From Clostridiales bacterium (GTDB lineage Bacteria; Bacillota; Clostridia; Christensenellales; CAG-138), in assembly GCA_015056105.1 (NCBI GenBank), contig SVGX01000003.1:128-64127 (forward strand): a stretch of DNA of 64,000 nucleotides. The letters are read 5' to 3'. A program made the position numbers and the translations under genes. Below are positions 54,655-63,739 of the stretch, piece by piece. Numbering within the stretch: position 1 is the stretch's first letter; the number at the start of each line of letters is the position of its first letter. The notes under the pieces were generated by a model, which saw nothing but the letters and a program-made list of their open reading frames with translations, was not told where the DNA came from and made no database searches.

Positions 54655-56958
54655 ATGTCGGATATTCGCGATTTTGAGCCGCTTTTTGGCGAGTGGAAAA
54701 TTGAAGAAAAGCTTGGTGCGGGCAGCTACGGCAGCGTGTACAGCGCCGTGCGCACGGAGTTTGGCCGGGAATACCGTTCCGCCATCAAGCATATCAGCAT
54801 CCCCATCGGTCGGGATGAGCTCAACAGCATTTATGAAGAGGGCTATGCTTACGATGAAAACAGCGCCCGGCGGTATTATCAGCAGGTGCTCGTAGGGCTG
54901 ATCGAAGAGATCGAGCTGATGGACAGGCTCAAGGGCAACACCAACATCGTGGCCTATGAAGATCACAAGATCATCGAGAAAAAGGATATGCCCGGTTACG
55001 ATGTGTTCATCCGCATGGAATTGCTCAAAAACCTGCACCGCGCGCTGGGCAGCGGCCCCATCACGCCTGCGGAGGTATGCCGCCTTGGCATCGATATCTG
55101 CACGGCACTGGAGGTGCTCGGTAAGGAGCATATCGTGCACCGCGACATCAAGCCTGCCAACATCCTTGTCAATAACCTTGGCGATTATAAGCTGGCGGAT
55201 TTCGGCGTGGCAAGAAAGATGGAGCGTACCACCACCGTGATGAGCGTGAAGGGTACCTATACCTACATGGCGCCGGAGGTCTTCAAGGGCGAAGCGGCAG
55301 GCCCGGGGGCGGATATCTATTCTCTCGGCATCGTGCTGTACCGCCTGCTCAACAACAACAGGGCGCCTTTTGTCAGCGTCAATGCGGCGGAGGTCACCCC
55401 CACGGATAACGAGACTGCACTTGGCCGCCGGATGCGGGGCGAACCGCTGCCAATGCCCGCCCATGCGGATTCATGGCTCGGCAGCATCATCCTTACTGCC
55501 TGCGCCTTCCGGAAAGAGGATCGCTTCCTGTCGCCTACCGCCTTTAAACGGGCGCTGCAGGAATATCTTGCAAGCGGCGCCGCAGGCAAGGCTGCCACAG
55601 CTGCCGCACCGGCGGAAACGCCCTACGATAAGACCACAAAGCTTGACCCTACTGCCTATGGGCAGCGGAGTGCGGCGGATGAAGCGAAGCACAGGGCAGC
55701 GGAAGCGAAGAGCAAGGCCGAAGAAGAGAAAGCCGCAAAAAAGAAAGCGGCCGCTGCACGGGCGCAAAAAGAGGAAGCGGAAAAAGCCCGCCGCTATGCG
55801 GCTGCGGCAGATGCCGCAAAGCTGAACCGCCCTTCAAAGGAGCCCCTTCGCAGGCCGCAAACGCCGGAGGATGCCGCTGCCTCTGCCAAAATAGAAGAAA
55901 CAAGAAACCGAAAGGCCAAAAGGACGATGCTTTGGGCCATGCTGCCCTGTGCGCTGTTTGTAGCGCTGATATTATTGGGGAGATTACTGGCACAGCATTT
56001 TTCGGATAACATGAAAACGGAAACGACTGCGGGGGCGGCAATATCCTTTACGCCTCCTTCACAGGCTGTCGAAGCACCTGTTTCCACACCCGAACAGCAG
56101 AAACCTGCATTCAGCATCGATGAAAACAGCATTGTGCTGGCCCGGGGGCAGGAGCATGCGGTGGGCCTCCGTGCGGACGGCACGGTGGTTGCAGTCGGCG
56201 GCAGCCATGGCCAGGATGAGGTAGATACCTGGCAGAATGTGGTTTCCGTTGCGGCAGGAACTTTCCACACGGCGGGCCTTCGTGGGGACGGCACGGTGGT
56301 TGCGGTGGGTTCTGAGTGGGCATGCAAAAATGTGGCGGACTGGGAAAACGTGACCGCCATTGCCGCAGGCGGGGATTATACCGTTGGCCTTAAAAAGGAT
56401 GGCACTGTGGTAGCTACCGACATGGAGGGCCACGGCGCATGCGATGTGGCGGACTGGCGGGATATCGTGGATGTGGCGGCTGGCTATTGCCACACGGTCG
56501 GCCTTCGCGCGGACGGTACCGTGGCAGCGGTAAGCAATATTGACAACGAAGCGTGTGATGTTGCCGCATGGCGGGATATCGTGGATGTGGCGGCGGGCGA
56601 ATTTTCTACCTTTGGTCTTCGTGCCGACGGCACCGTGGTCATGGTGGGAACCGCCACCGAGATGACCAAGGAGCAGATCGCAGCGCTGCAGGGCGTGGCG
56701 GCCATCCATGCGGATAGCGAGCATGTTTTCGCCCGGCTGCAGGACGGCACTTCCGTGATCATATCGGACAATAAAGAGATACAGCCGCTTTCCGGCAGAC
56801 AGGATGTTGCCTTTGTTGCGGGAAAGTATGATATCTCCCTCCTCCTTAAAACCGACGGCACGGTGGAGCTTCTTTGCAGCCAATATGTGACGGAGGAAGA
56901 AAAGGCATATTTTGCGGAAGTTCTGAACTGGCGGCTGGCCGTACCGGGCAACAACTGA
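54655..56958 (+). CDS. Hanks-type Ser/Thr protein kinase, TM helix, extracellular RCC1-like beta-propeller repeats
   Basis: GAGSYGSVY, AIKHI, HRDIKPANIL, DFG and MAPE; a K/A/E-rich linker; TM MLWAMLPCALFVALILLGRLLA. Then 5-6 repeats of AAGxxHTxGLRxDGTVVAVG. Confidence 0.85.
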   Translation: MSDIRDFEPLFGEWKIEEKLGAGSYGSVYSAVRTEFGREYRSAIKHISIPIGRDELNSIYEEGYAYDENSARRYYQQVLVGLIEEIELMDRLKGNTNIVAYEDHKIIEKKDMPGYDVFIRMELLKNLHRALGSGPITPAEVCRLGIDICTALEVLGKEHIVHRDIKPANILVNNLGDYKLADFGVARKMERTTTVMSVKGTYTYMAPEVFKGEAAGPGADIYSLGIVLYRLLNNNRAPFVSVNAAEVTPTDNETALGRRMRGEPLPMPAHADSWLGSIILTACAFRKEDRFLSPTAFKRALQEYLASGAAGKAATAAAPAETPYDKTTKLDPTAYGQRSAADEAKHRAAEAKSKAEEEKAAKKKAAAARAQKEEAEKARRYAAAADAAKLNRPSKEPLRRPQTPEDAAASAKIEETRNRKAKRTMLWAMLPCALFVALILLGRLLAQHFSDNMKTETTAGAAISFTPPSQAVEAPVSTPEQQKPAFSIDENSIVLARGQEHAVGLRADGTVVAVGGSHGQDEVDTWQNVVSVAAGTFHTAGLRGDGTVVAVGSEWACKNVADWENVTAIAAGGDYTVGLKKDGTVVATDMEGHGACDVADWRDIVDVAAGYCHTVGLRADGTVAAVSNIDNEACDVAAWRDIVDVAAGEFSTFGLRADGTVVMVGTATEMTKEQIAALQGVAAIHADSEHVFARLQDGTSVIISDNKEIQPLSGRQDVAFVAGKYDISLLLKTDGTVELLCSQYVTEEEKAYFAEVLNWRLAVPGNN

Positions 56959-56994
56959 TATTTCTTTTCTCATAGTTCCAAGGAGCAGAACAGC

Positions 56995-58956
56995 ATGAAA
57001 CCCTACGAACAAACTTATCAGATCCTCTCCACGCTGGGACGCGGCGGCATGGGCGCGGTGTATCTTGTAAAGCACCTGCGCCTCGGCACGCTGTGGGCCC
57101 TTAAGGAGATCGATAAAACAGCCGGCGGGCAGGTGGACCTGCTTGCGGAAGCCAACATGCTCAAGCGGCTTTCCCATCCGGCGCTGCCCCGCATCATCGA
57201 TATTTATGAGGATGCGGCGAGCATCTATATCGTGGAGGATTATATCGAGGGCGTCAGCCTGGATAAACGCCTTCGCGAAGCGGGCAGGTTCCCCGAAAGC
57301 ACCGTGCGCCTTTGGGCGGAGGAGCTTTGCGGCGTGCTTCGCTATCTGCACGAGCAGCAGCCCAACCCCATCATTTACCGGGATATGAAGCCCGGCAACG
57401 TGATGATCACGCCGGATAACAAGGTGAAGCTCATCGATTTCGGTATCGCCCGGGAATTCAAACAGGAAAGCAGCGGCGATACCACCAGCCTCGGCACCCT
57501 TGGCTATGCGGCGCCTGAGCAGTACGGCACCGCCCAGTCCGATGCAAGAACGGATATCTACAGCCTTGGCGTAACGCTTTACCATGCCGTGACCGGCAAA
57601 AGCCCCAAGGATCCACCCTATGAGCTTCTGCCCATCCGCCGCTGGGATGCTTCCTTCTCGGAAGGGCTTGAATACATCATCGCCAAATGCACCCGCACCA
57701 ACCCCAATGAGCGCTACCAAAGCATCGCGCAGCTGCAGGCGGATCTGAAGAATATCGACCGTTTTTCTGCTTCAAGCCGCAGACGAAAGGCGGTGGATGC
57801 GCTCAAACTCACCGCCTGCGCGCTCATGATCCTCGGCGGCGCTGCTTTTATGCTGGCGGGCTATGCCCAAAAAGGCGTTGAAGCGCAGGAAGCATACCGT
57901 GCCCGCTATGAAGAAGGTATTGCGCTGGTGGAAGCGGGGGATATGGATGCGGCCCGCCTTGCGCTGACGGATGCGGATGCTTCCCTGCCCGGCAGCACGG
58001 ACGGCCGCTGCGCTTATCTTGCGGCGCTCATCAATGCGGATGAAACAGCCGCTGCGGCTTCCTTCGGCGCGGAGGCTCTCTCTAAAGATGCCGCTCTTGA
58101 ACTGGATGCGCGCTTCAACTACTATTACGGCGTGGCGCTCGAAGCGGAGGGCAACATACACGGCGCTGTTGCGTGCTTTGAAAACGCAAACATGATGGAG
58201 CCCGGGCAGCTTCTCTATATGCGCTCCCTTGCCCGCGCCTACGCGGCGGCGGGAGAACTGGACCTTGCCAATGCGCTGTTCTCGGAGATCGCCATCATGG
58301 CGGATAACGGCACCACTGCCTTTGTTTATGCCGGCATTCTTGAGGCACAGGGCGAAGCGGAACAGGCGGAAACGGAATATCGCCGCGCCATTGAGAACGG
58401 CACGGATGAGGATATCCGCATCGCCGCGTTTAGGGCGCTTGCCACCATGCTGAGAAGCGGCCGCGAAGGGGATCCTGCCCTTGTGGAAAAGGAGATCGAA
58501 ACGCTGCTTTCCATGCAGCGCACCTTCCCCGATAAGGAGGAGGCCTTCATCCTTGAACGGCTGGGCGAAGCCTATTTCGCAAGAGGCGTTCTGAGCGGCG
58601 CGGAAGCGGATCTTGAAGCGGCGGCGGACAGCTTCCGCGCGCTGATCGACCTTGGCTACGGCCGCGCCAGCACCTATCTCAACATCGCCGTGATCGAACA
58701 GCGGCGCATGGATTACGCTGCGGCGGAGGAAACGCTGCTGACGCTTCTTGACCGCTATCCCAACAACGGGGATGGCTGCATCCAGATGGCGTTTCTCATC
58801 GCGGAGCGGGAGGGGCAGAAGCCCCAGAGCGAGCGCGATTATGCTCCCGTGGTGGAATATTACGAGCGGGCAAAGCTTTGCGGCGCAGCGGGTGCGAACC
58901 TGCAGCGGCTTGAAGGCGTGATAGAAGACCTGAAGTCCGGCGGCTGGATAGCGTAA
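56995..58956 (+). CDS. Hanks-type Ser/Thr protein kinase, TM helix, extracellular TPR repeats
   Basis: GRGGMGAVY, ALKEI, YRDMKPGNVMI, DFGIARE and AAPEQ; TM LTACALMILGGAAFMLAGYA; then TPR-like helical repeats. Confidence 0.85.
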   Translation: MKPYEQTYQILSTLGRGGMGAVYLVKHLRLGTLWALKEIDKTAGGQVDLLAEANMLKRLSHPALPRIIDIYEDAASIYIVEDYIEGVSLDKRLREAGRFPESTVRLWAEELCGVLRYLHEQQPNPIIYRDMKPGNVMITPDNKVKLIDFGIAREFKQESSGDTTSLGTLGYAAPEQYGTAQSDARTDIYSLGVTLYHAVTGKSPKDPPYELLPIRRWDASFSEGLEYIIAKCTRTNPNERYQSIAQLQADLKNIDRFSASSRRRKAVDALKLTACALMILGGAAFMLAGYAQKGVEAQEAYRARYEEGIALVEAGDMDAARLALTDADASLPGSTDGRCAYLAALINADETAAAASFGAEALSKDAALELDARFNYYYGVALEAEGNIHGAVACFENANMMEPGQLLYMRSLARAYAAAGELDLANALFSEIAIMADNGTTAFVYAGILEAQGEAEQAETEYRRAIENGTDEDIRIAAFRALATMLRSGREGDPALVEKEIETLLSMQRTFPDKEEAFILERLGEAYFARGVLSGAEADLEAAADSFRALIDLGYGRASTYLNIAVIEQRRMDYAAAEETLLTLLDRYPNNGDGCIQMAFLIAEREGQKPQSERDYAPVVEYYERAKLCGAAGANLQRLEGVIEDLKSGGWIA

Positions 58957-58989
58957 GGCTGCCCTTGCTGATCAAGAAAGGATACATGT

Positions 58990-59310
58990 ATGAGCGGAAA
59001 TACTCTTATGCTGATCGGGATCGCTATGGCGGCCCTTGGCGTGCTTCTGCTGTGTTTGCAGCTTGCTGCCATGAAAAACCGGGGAAAACGGGCAAAAAAA
59101 GCATCATCGGCGGCGGATCTGCCCGCGGCTCCCGTTGTGTCAGCCCCGCGCCGGGCCGAAAAACCGGCTGCTGCAGCTGTGGCGGATGAAGCCACCGTGA
59201 AGCTTTCCTATGCAGCGGATGAAGAGAAGAACGTGAAACTTTCTTCCGCGGCGGAAAATACCGCTGCAAGCGGGAATGAAGCGGATCAGACTGTCCGTCT
59301 GGAGGGATAA
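58990..59310 (+). CDS. small single-pass membrane protein with three [TN]V[KR]L repeats in a cytoplasmic tail
   Basis: 106 aa with good RBS. TM LMLIGIAMAALGVLLLCLQLAA, then KNRGKRAKK, then a low-complexity tail with EATVKLS, KNVKLSS and QTVRLEG. Confidence 0.55.
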   Translation: MSGNTLMLIGIAMAALGVLLLCLQLAAMKNRGKRAKKASSAADLPAAPVVSAPRRAEKPAAAAVADEATVKLSYAADEEKNVKLSSAAENTAASGNEADQTVRLEG

Positions 59311-59315
59311 GGCCG

Positions 59316-60116
59316 ATGAAGCTGAAGGTCAGCGCTGCGGTGTGCAGCCATAAAGGCAAAATACGGGGCAACAACGAGGATGCCTTCCTGCTCAACGGCG
59401 TTTATCTTCCTCTGGAGAAGATGGACGAAGGCGGGCTGTTTACGGCACAAACAGAGACTTCCTTCCAGCTTTATGCCGTTTGTGACGGCATGGGCGGCGA
59501 GGAGGCGGGGGAGCTTGCTTCCTTTGCAGCGGTGGAGACCTTTGCGAAGCTTCTAAAAGATGCTTCGCGAAAAACGGATGTCCGGCCTGCTATTGACAGC
59601 GCTGTGCAGCAGGCCAACGGGGCTGTGCTTGCCCTTGATAAAAATGCGGGCTGCACCATGACGCTCCTTTGCCTGCAGGGCGGAAAGGCGACCGTAACGT
59701 GGCTGGGCGACAGCCGTATTTACCTTCTGCGCTGCGGCGAACTGCTGCGTCTGAGCGAAGATCATACCCAGGCCCAGCGGCTGCTGAACATGGGCGTGTT
59801 CGATGCGCTGACTGCAAAAACGCATCCTTCAAGCCATGTGCTGACCCGCTATATCGGCATGGAAACGGAGGGCTTCGCGCTGCAAAGCGCCTACGGGGAA
59901 ACGCTGACCCTCAAGGCGGGGGATGTGTTCCTCCTTTGCAGCGATGGCCTTACCGACATGGTGGAAGAGACGGAGTTTGCCGCTCTTCTTAATAAAGATG
60001 CTAAGAGCGCTGCGGAAGAGCTTGTGAGCGCGGCGCTTGCAAACGGCGGCCGCGACAATGTGACCGCCATGGCAGTCAGGGTAGAGCAAGTGAAGAAAAA
60101 CATCTTTGGCCGGTAA
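59316..60116 (+). CDS. PP2C-family Ser/Thr phosphatase
   Basis: RGNNEDAF, AVCDGMGG, LLCSDGLTD and NGGRDNVTAM metal-binding motifs. Confidence 0.9.
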   Translation: MKLKVSAAVCSHKGKIRGNNEDAFLLNGVYLPLEKMDEGGLFTAQTETSFQLYAVCDGMGGEEAGELASFAAVETFAKLLKDASRKTDVRPAIDSAVQQANGAVLALDKNAGCTMTLLCLQGGKATVTWLGDSRIYLLRCGELLRLSEDHTQAQRLLNMGVFDALTAKTHPSSHVLTRYIGMETEGFALQSAYGETLTLKAGDVFLLCSDGLTDMVEETEFAALLNKDAKSAAEELVSAALANGGRDNVTAMAVRVEQVKKNIFGR

Positions 60117-60211
60117 CGGTTCGCCATAAAATCGAAACAACACCGATAAAGCAGCAATTTGTAACAGCAGAACTGTGGCGTTTGCAGCTTGATCATACAC
60201 GGAGGGATCCA

Positions 60212-62749
60212 ATGAAACACACCATGAAAAAAGCCAATGCACTGATACTGGCGGCGCTTTTCGTTTTTACACTGCTCCCCATGTCTGCCATGGCAGGCGT
60301 CAGCACCGAATATATCGGTATGACCGGCGTAAGCTTCAGCCATAACATGTTCATCGACGGCACATGTGAAACCGAGTGGGAGGGCAGTGCCGAGCAGCCC
60401 ATGCTGTCTCTTTTGGTGTACAGCACCGATACCCTTCCCACCGATGCATCGGGCAATTACCGTTTTCCCATCAACATCACGCTTCAAAAGCCTGCCGGCA
60501 TTTCTGAGGATGCGCTGCCATTCCTTCTTGAAAGCGATCATGCTTACTCCGCCTCCCCGCTGCCTTTCGGTTCCACATCGCAGCAGATCGATCTTATTGC
60601 CGACAAAGAGACTTTTACAGAAAGCTTCGTTGTCGGCGAACTGGTCATCCACTGGCTGGAAGGCACCGACATCGCCGCCGTTACCAAACTTTCCTACGGC
60701 ATATTCAACAAAACAGGCCCCGCTGTCAGCGCTCCCGATGGCAGCCGCGTCAGCTTCGCCTTCCCCATTGATGGCGTAGCGTCCGAGTACAGCAACGGCA
60801 CGCTGACGCTCACTTTGAACGAGACATCCGTTGATCAGATCGCCGCGGTGTATACCCCGGGACTTCAGTTCCTGCGCGGCACAGTCAGCGTGAGCGCACC
60901 CTCCGGCACCGAATCGTTCTGGGCCGGAAGCATGGACCATGCCTATTTTACAAACGGGTACATCAACAGCTCCAACTATAAAACCGGCAGCGGATATTCC
61001 CACGCCATCGACCTGCACCAGATCAATTCTTCCGATTCCGGCATAACCGTTATTCCCCTTGACAACGCAGGCAACAACAACGTCATCTCCCTGTATTTTG
61101 CATGGAAGGACAGCTCCGGCAGCATCACCGCCGAAAAAGTGAATGTTGTTGTCAAGCTCGGCACTGCAAAGGTTACGAAAGTGCCTTCCTCCGCATTGCC
61201 TGCCATTTGCGCAGTGCCCGCCGACCGCATGGCCCGCGCTTCGTTAATGATGGACCGTGCCGACGGCGCCGGCATCACCTTCAGCTATTCCGAGACCGAC
61301 GGCATTGCAAAGTTTTTCCACAGCAAAACGCCTGCCGCCATTTCGGAATATGCATTTTCAAAGGCCGGTGAGTGGGGCGATAAGGAAGCCCTCATCCCCC
61401 TGGGTGTACAGATCACGGCTCCCGATGGATTTGATACCTATGCCCTCATCATTAACGGCAGCGAAAGTGCCCCCTCGCCTGTTGACAGGAAGCTGAAGGC
61501 CATGTTTTACTCTACCGTGCTGTTTTCCGCGCGGAACGGCATTACGACAGATGATACGGATATCACCATAAAGTGGACGTCCACGACCTCCAATGCTGTG
61601 AAGTACGAGCTCTTCACTTTCTGCACCATCTTTGACAGCTTTACCTGGATGGATAAATACTGGGCACCAGCACCCGCTGCCGCTTTGGAGACCAAACCTA
61701 TTGTGGAAGCTTTGAAAGACGCAGGCCTTGAAGTGAAAGTTGAAACGGGAGCGATCAAGTGCTCCTTCAAAGAGGGCTACCTTCCCACCGTTGCGCAAAT
61801 GCAGAAGATCCGAGGTGCCGAGTTTACCGTCACAGCGCCTGCCAATGCCGCAGCCAAGCGCATTGCGGGTTCTTCCTACAATGATACCGCTTACAATGAC
61901 AGCCGTGCCAACAGCGCAAAATCTACCATAGACAGCACACCTGCTCTTGCTATCGACACCATGTGCGGCGGTATCTGCCCTATTCAGAAGGTTGAAATAG
62001 ACGGCATTTCCTACTACAACACGCTGAATGACGGTGCAAGGCAGGTGCTCGTTCAGTTTTATGATAATGCAGGCAATCTGATCACAGTTGACGGCGCAAA
62101 CGGTGAAAAGCTGAACGGCTATTATGTCCGCATCGAAGTTGAACCCTTTGAATACACGATCGAATCGGAAGTTGTGCCGGAGATAACCTCCCCTGCCGAT
62201 ATTCCCGTTATGGTATGCGAGCGTAAGCCCGGCAATAAATACAGCCTGTTCGTTAAGCTTTATCCCCAGGAAGGCAGCAACAAAAAGTACTTCCTTAAGC
62301 TTGAGACAGATCTGGAAGAGTCCGATATGCAAAACGGCGTTGATGTTTACATCCCCTATCACTACATCGACCCCAATATGACCTATGAAAAGGCCATTGC
62401 CGACAATACCGTCTTCAAGGTCAAGCATTATGACAAGCATAACACCTTCAAGGAGGAGCTTGTCGGTACACCCACGGAAAACGGCATCAAATTCACCGTT
62501 ACGGATCTCAGCCCCTTTGTGATTGAGGCTGCCGAAGGCTCCGGCAGCAACAGCGGATCCGGTCCGCTTTACGGAGATGCCAACTGCGATGGCGAATATA
62601 ACCTGCAGGACGTGGTATTTGTGGCTGTCTGTGCAAAAGGAAACGCTGCCATCACCGAGGCCGGCAGACTTAATGCGTCGATCGCAGCAGGTGCCGCACC
62701 TACCGCGCTTGATTCCCTACGGCTGGCAAAAGGACTGCTGTTCCAATAA
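60212..62749 (+). CDS. large secreted protein with C-terminal dockerin-like Ca-binding module
   Basis: Signal peptide MKHTMKKANALILAALFVFTLLPMSAMA. The body (about 780 aa) has no motif I recognise. The C-terminus has LYGDANCDGEYNLQDVV (DxNxDGxxxxxD loop), but the second loop is degenerate. Confidence 0.6.
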   Translation: MKHTMKKANALILAALFVFTLLPMSAMAGVSTEYIGMTGVSFSHNMFIDGTCETEWEGSAEQPMLSLLVYSTDTLPTDASGNYRFPINITLQKPAGISEDALPFLLESDHAYSASPLPFGSTSQQIDLIADKETFTESFVVGELVIHWLEGTDIAAVTKLSYGIFNKTGPAVSAPDGSRVSFAFPIDGVASEYSNGTLTLTLNETSVDQIAAVYTPGLQFLRGTVSVSAPSGTESFWAGSMDHAYFTNGYINSSNYKTGSGYSHAIDLHQINSSDSGITVIPLDNAGNNNVISLYFAWKDSSGSITAEKVNVVVKLGTAKVTKVPSSALPAICAVPADRMARASLMMDRADGAGITFSYSETDGIAKFFHSKTPAAISEYAFSKAGEWGDKEALIPLGVQITAPDGFDTYALIINGSESAPSPVDRKLKAMFYSTVLFSARNGITTDDTDITIKWTSTTSNAVKYELFTFCTIFDSFTWMDKYWAPAPAAALETKPIVEALKDAGLEVKVETGAIKCSFKEGYLPTVAQMQKIRGAEFTVTAPANAAAKRIAGSSYNDTAYNDSRANSAKSTIDSTPALAIDTMCGGICPIQKVEIDGISYYNTLNDGARQVLVQFYDNAGNLITVDGANGEKLNGYYVRIEVEPFEYTIESEVVPEITSPADIPVMVCERKPGNKYSLFVKLYPQEGSNKKYFLKLETDLEESDMQNGVDVYIPYHYIDPNMTYEKAIADNTVFKVKHYDKHNTFKEELVGTPTENGIKFTVTDLSPFVIEAAEGSGSNSGSGPLYGDANCDGEYNLQDVVFVAVCAKGNAAITEAGRLNASIAAGAAPTALDSLRLAKGLLFQ

Positions 62750-62847
62750 GAATAACACGGAAGGTGAATTGCCAAACTTCGTGCAACCGGCAGAAAGTTC
62801 AAAGCCACAGAGAAACTGAGCAGAGCGAAATGGAAGAACCTTACGGG

Positions 62848-62880
62848 ACCCGGCGGTGAGCAACGCCGGGTTCTTTTTTA
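62848..62880 (+). terminator. rho-independent terminator
   Basis: acccggcg / cgccgggt 8-bp stem followed by TCTTTTTT. Confidence 0.75.
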
Positions 62881-63027
62881 GCGCTCCGTGCCACGCAGAA
62901 AATGAGGCCCTTGAGGTAAAACATGCAAAGCGGTGCTGATCGCGTTGTTTATTTTTGTCATGCATGGCAGCATGGATCCCTTTCTGCAACTTCCATATAT
63001 GCACCAATATACGCGTTATTTTAAAAA

Positions 63028-63048
63028 TGCAGTAAATTTGTAGTAAAT
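63028..63048 (+). repeat. two direct TG(C/T)AGTAAAT repeats 11 bp apart
   Basis: tgcagtaaat (63028-63037) and tgtagtaaat (63039-63048). The same 9-mer is clustered at 63740-63783. Confidence 0.6.
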
Positions 63049-63434
63049 CGGCATGAATGTGTGAGAATTTGGGCCACAGATTTGAGAATAGAATCGAGGT
63101 AAAAGCACCCCGGTTTTTGCATCGCTGCAGCAGAATATGGCGTATAGTTCTGAAAAGCAAAAAACCGGAAAAGCGCTTGTTTCTCTGGTTTTTTACGCAC
63201 TTTGCACGATTATCCGCCCGCATTTTACCGCAAATAAAAAAGATATTGTGATGCATGCTGCGCCGCAGGCGCATGCCGCAAAAGGTTGGTAGCGCAGCGG
63301 AGGCGTTATGCCTGCGTTTACAAGGGCATAGCCGCAGCAAGCGTGACCTTTTGCGGAAAGGAGGAGCGACGGAACGGGTGAGAGATGATTTTTGATAAAA
63401 AATCGTCGCGAACTAAGAGTAGTCCGCGACGACG

Positions 63435-63453
63435 TGGCACACCCGGCGCGATT
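63435..63453 (-). repeat. 19-nt duplicate of the tRNA 3' end (secondary att-like repeat)
   Basis: tggcacacccggcgcgatt is identical to 63588-63606. Confidence 0.7.
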
Positions 63454-63562
63454 ACCCAAGGGTATCCCTCCGACTAACAAAAATTCATCGCCTAAGGCTC
63501 GAATTTTTGAAGTCTCCGGTATCTCACGGCGCGTTCTCATCTGCTGCCGCGGCAAACAAAAA

Positions 63563-63587
63563 AGCCATCGTAAGATGGCTCTTTTGT
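63563..63587. terminator. stem-loop flanked by A- and T-runs (bidirectional terminator-like)
   Basis: agccatc-gtaa-gatggct with AAAAAA upstream and cTTTTgTTT downstream. Confidence 0.6.
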
Positions 63588-63632
63588 TTGGCACACCCGG
63601 CGCGATTCGAACGCGCGACCTTCCGCTTAGGA
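63588..63632 (-). pseudogene. 3' half of a tRNA (anticodon loop to CCA; anticodon CCU, Arg-like), an att core remnant
   Basis: The minus strand reads ctCCTaa-gcgga-aggtc-gcgcg-TTCGAAT-cgcgc-cgggtgt-g-CCA. The upstream 31 nt cannot form the acceptor or D arms. Confidence 0.7.
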
Positions 63633-63739
63633 GGCACATGCCCTGCCATGGGCAAAACCATAGAGAATCACCGAAAAAATCCCTGTTTACGGGCTTTTTC
63701 TGCATTTCTATCCTGTCCATAGTTTCCATAAAAGTCGGG

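Noticed and set aside
36922-60116. Canonical EssB, EsaA and EssA genes within the secretion locus.
   Set aside because: I looked for a 400-450 aa pseudokinase-TM protein, a 1000-aa multi-TM protein and a 150-aa EssA-like protein. None of the translated products fits by eye. This is a negative result from inspection only and needs HMM confirmation.
63588-63670. Intact tRNA gene on the minus strand.
   Set aside because: The T-arm, variable loop, 3' anticodon stem and CCA end are fine. The 31 nt upstream (tctatggttttgcccatggcagggcatgtgc) cannot pair with the 3' acceptor strand cgggtgt or form a D-arm, so this is only a 3' fragment.
62717-63729. ORFs of 207 aa (62717-63340, minus), 178 aa (63193-63729, minus) and 129 aa (63392-63781, plus) in the att region.
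   Set aside because: They have no RBS and a Cys/Arg/Phe-rich nonsense-like composition. They run across the tRNA fragment, terminator hairpin and repeat clusters. The region is better explained as non-coding element debris.
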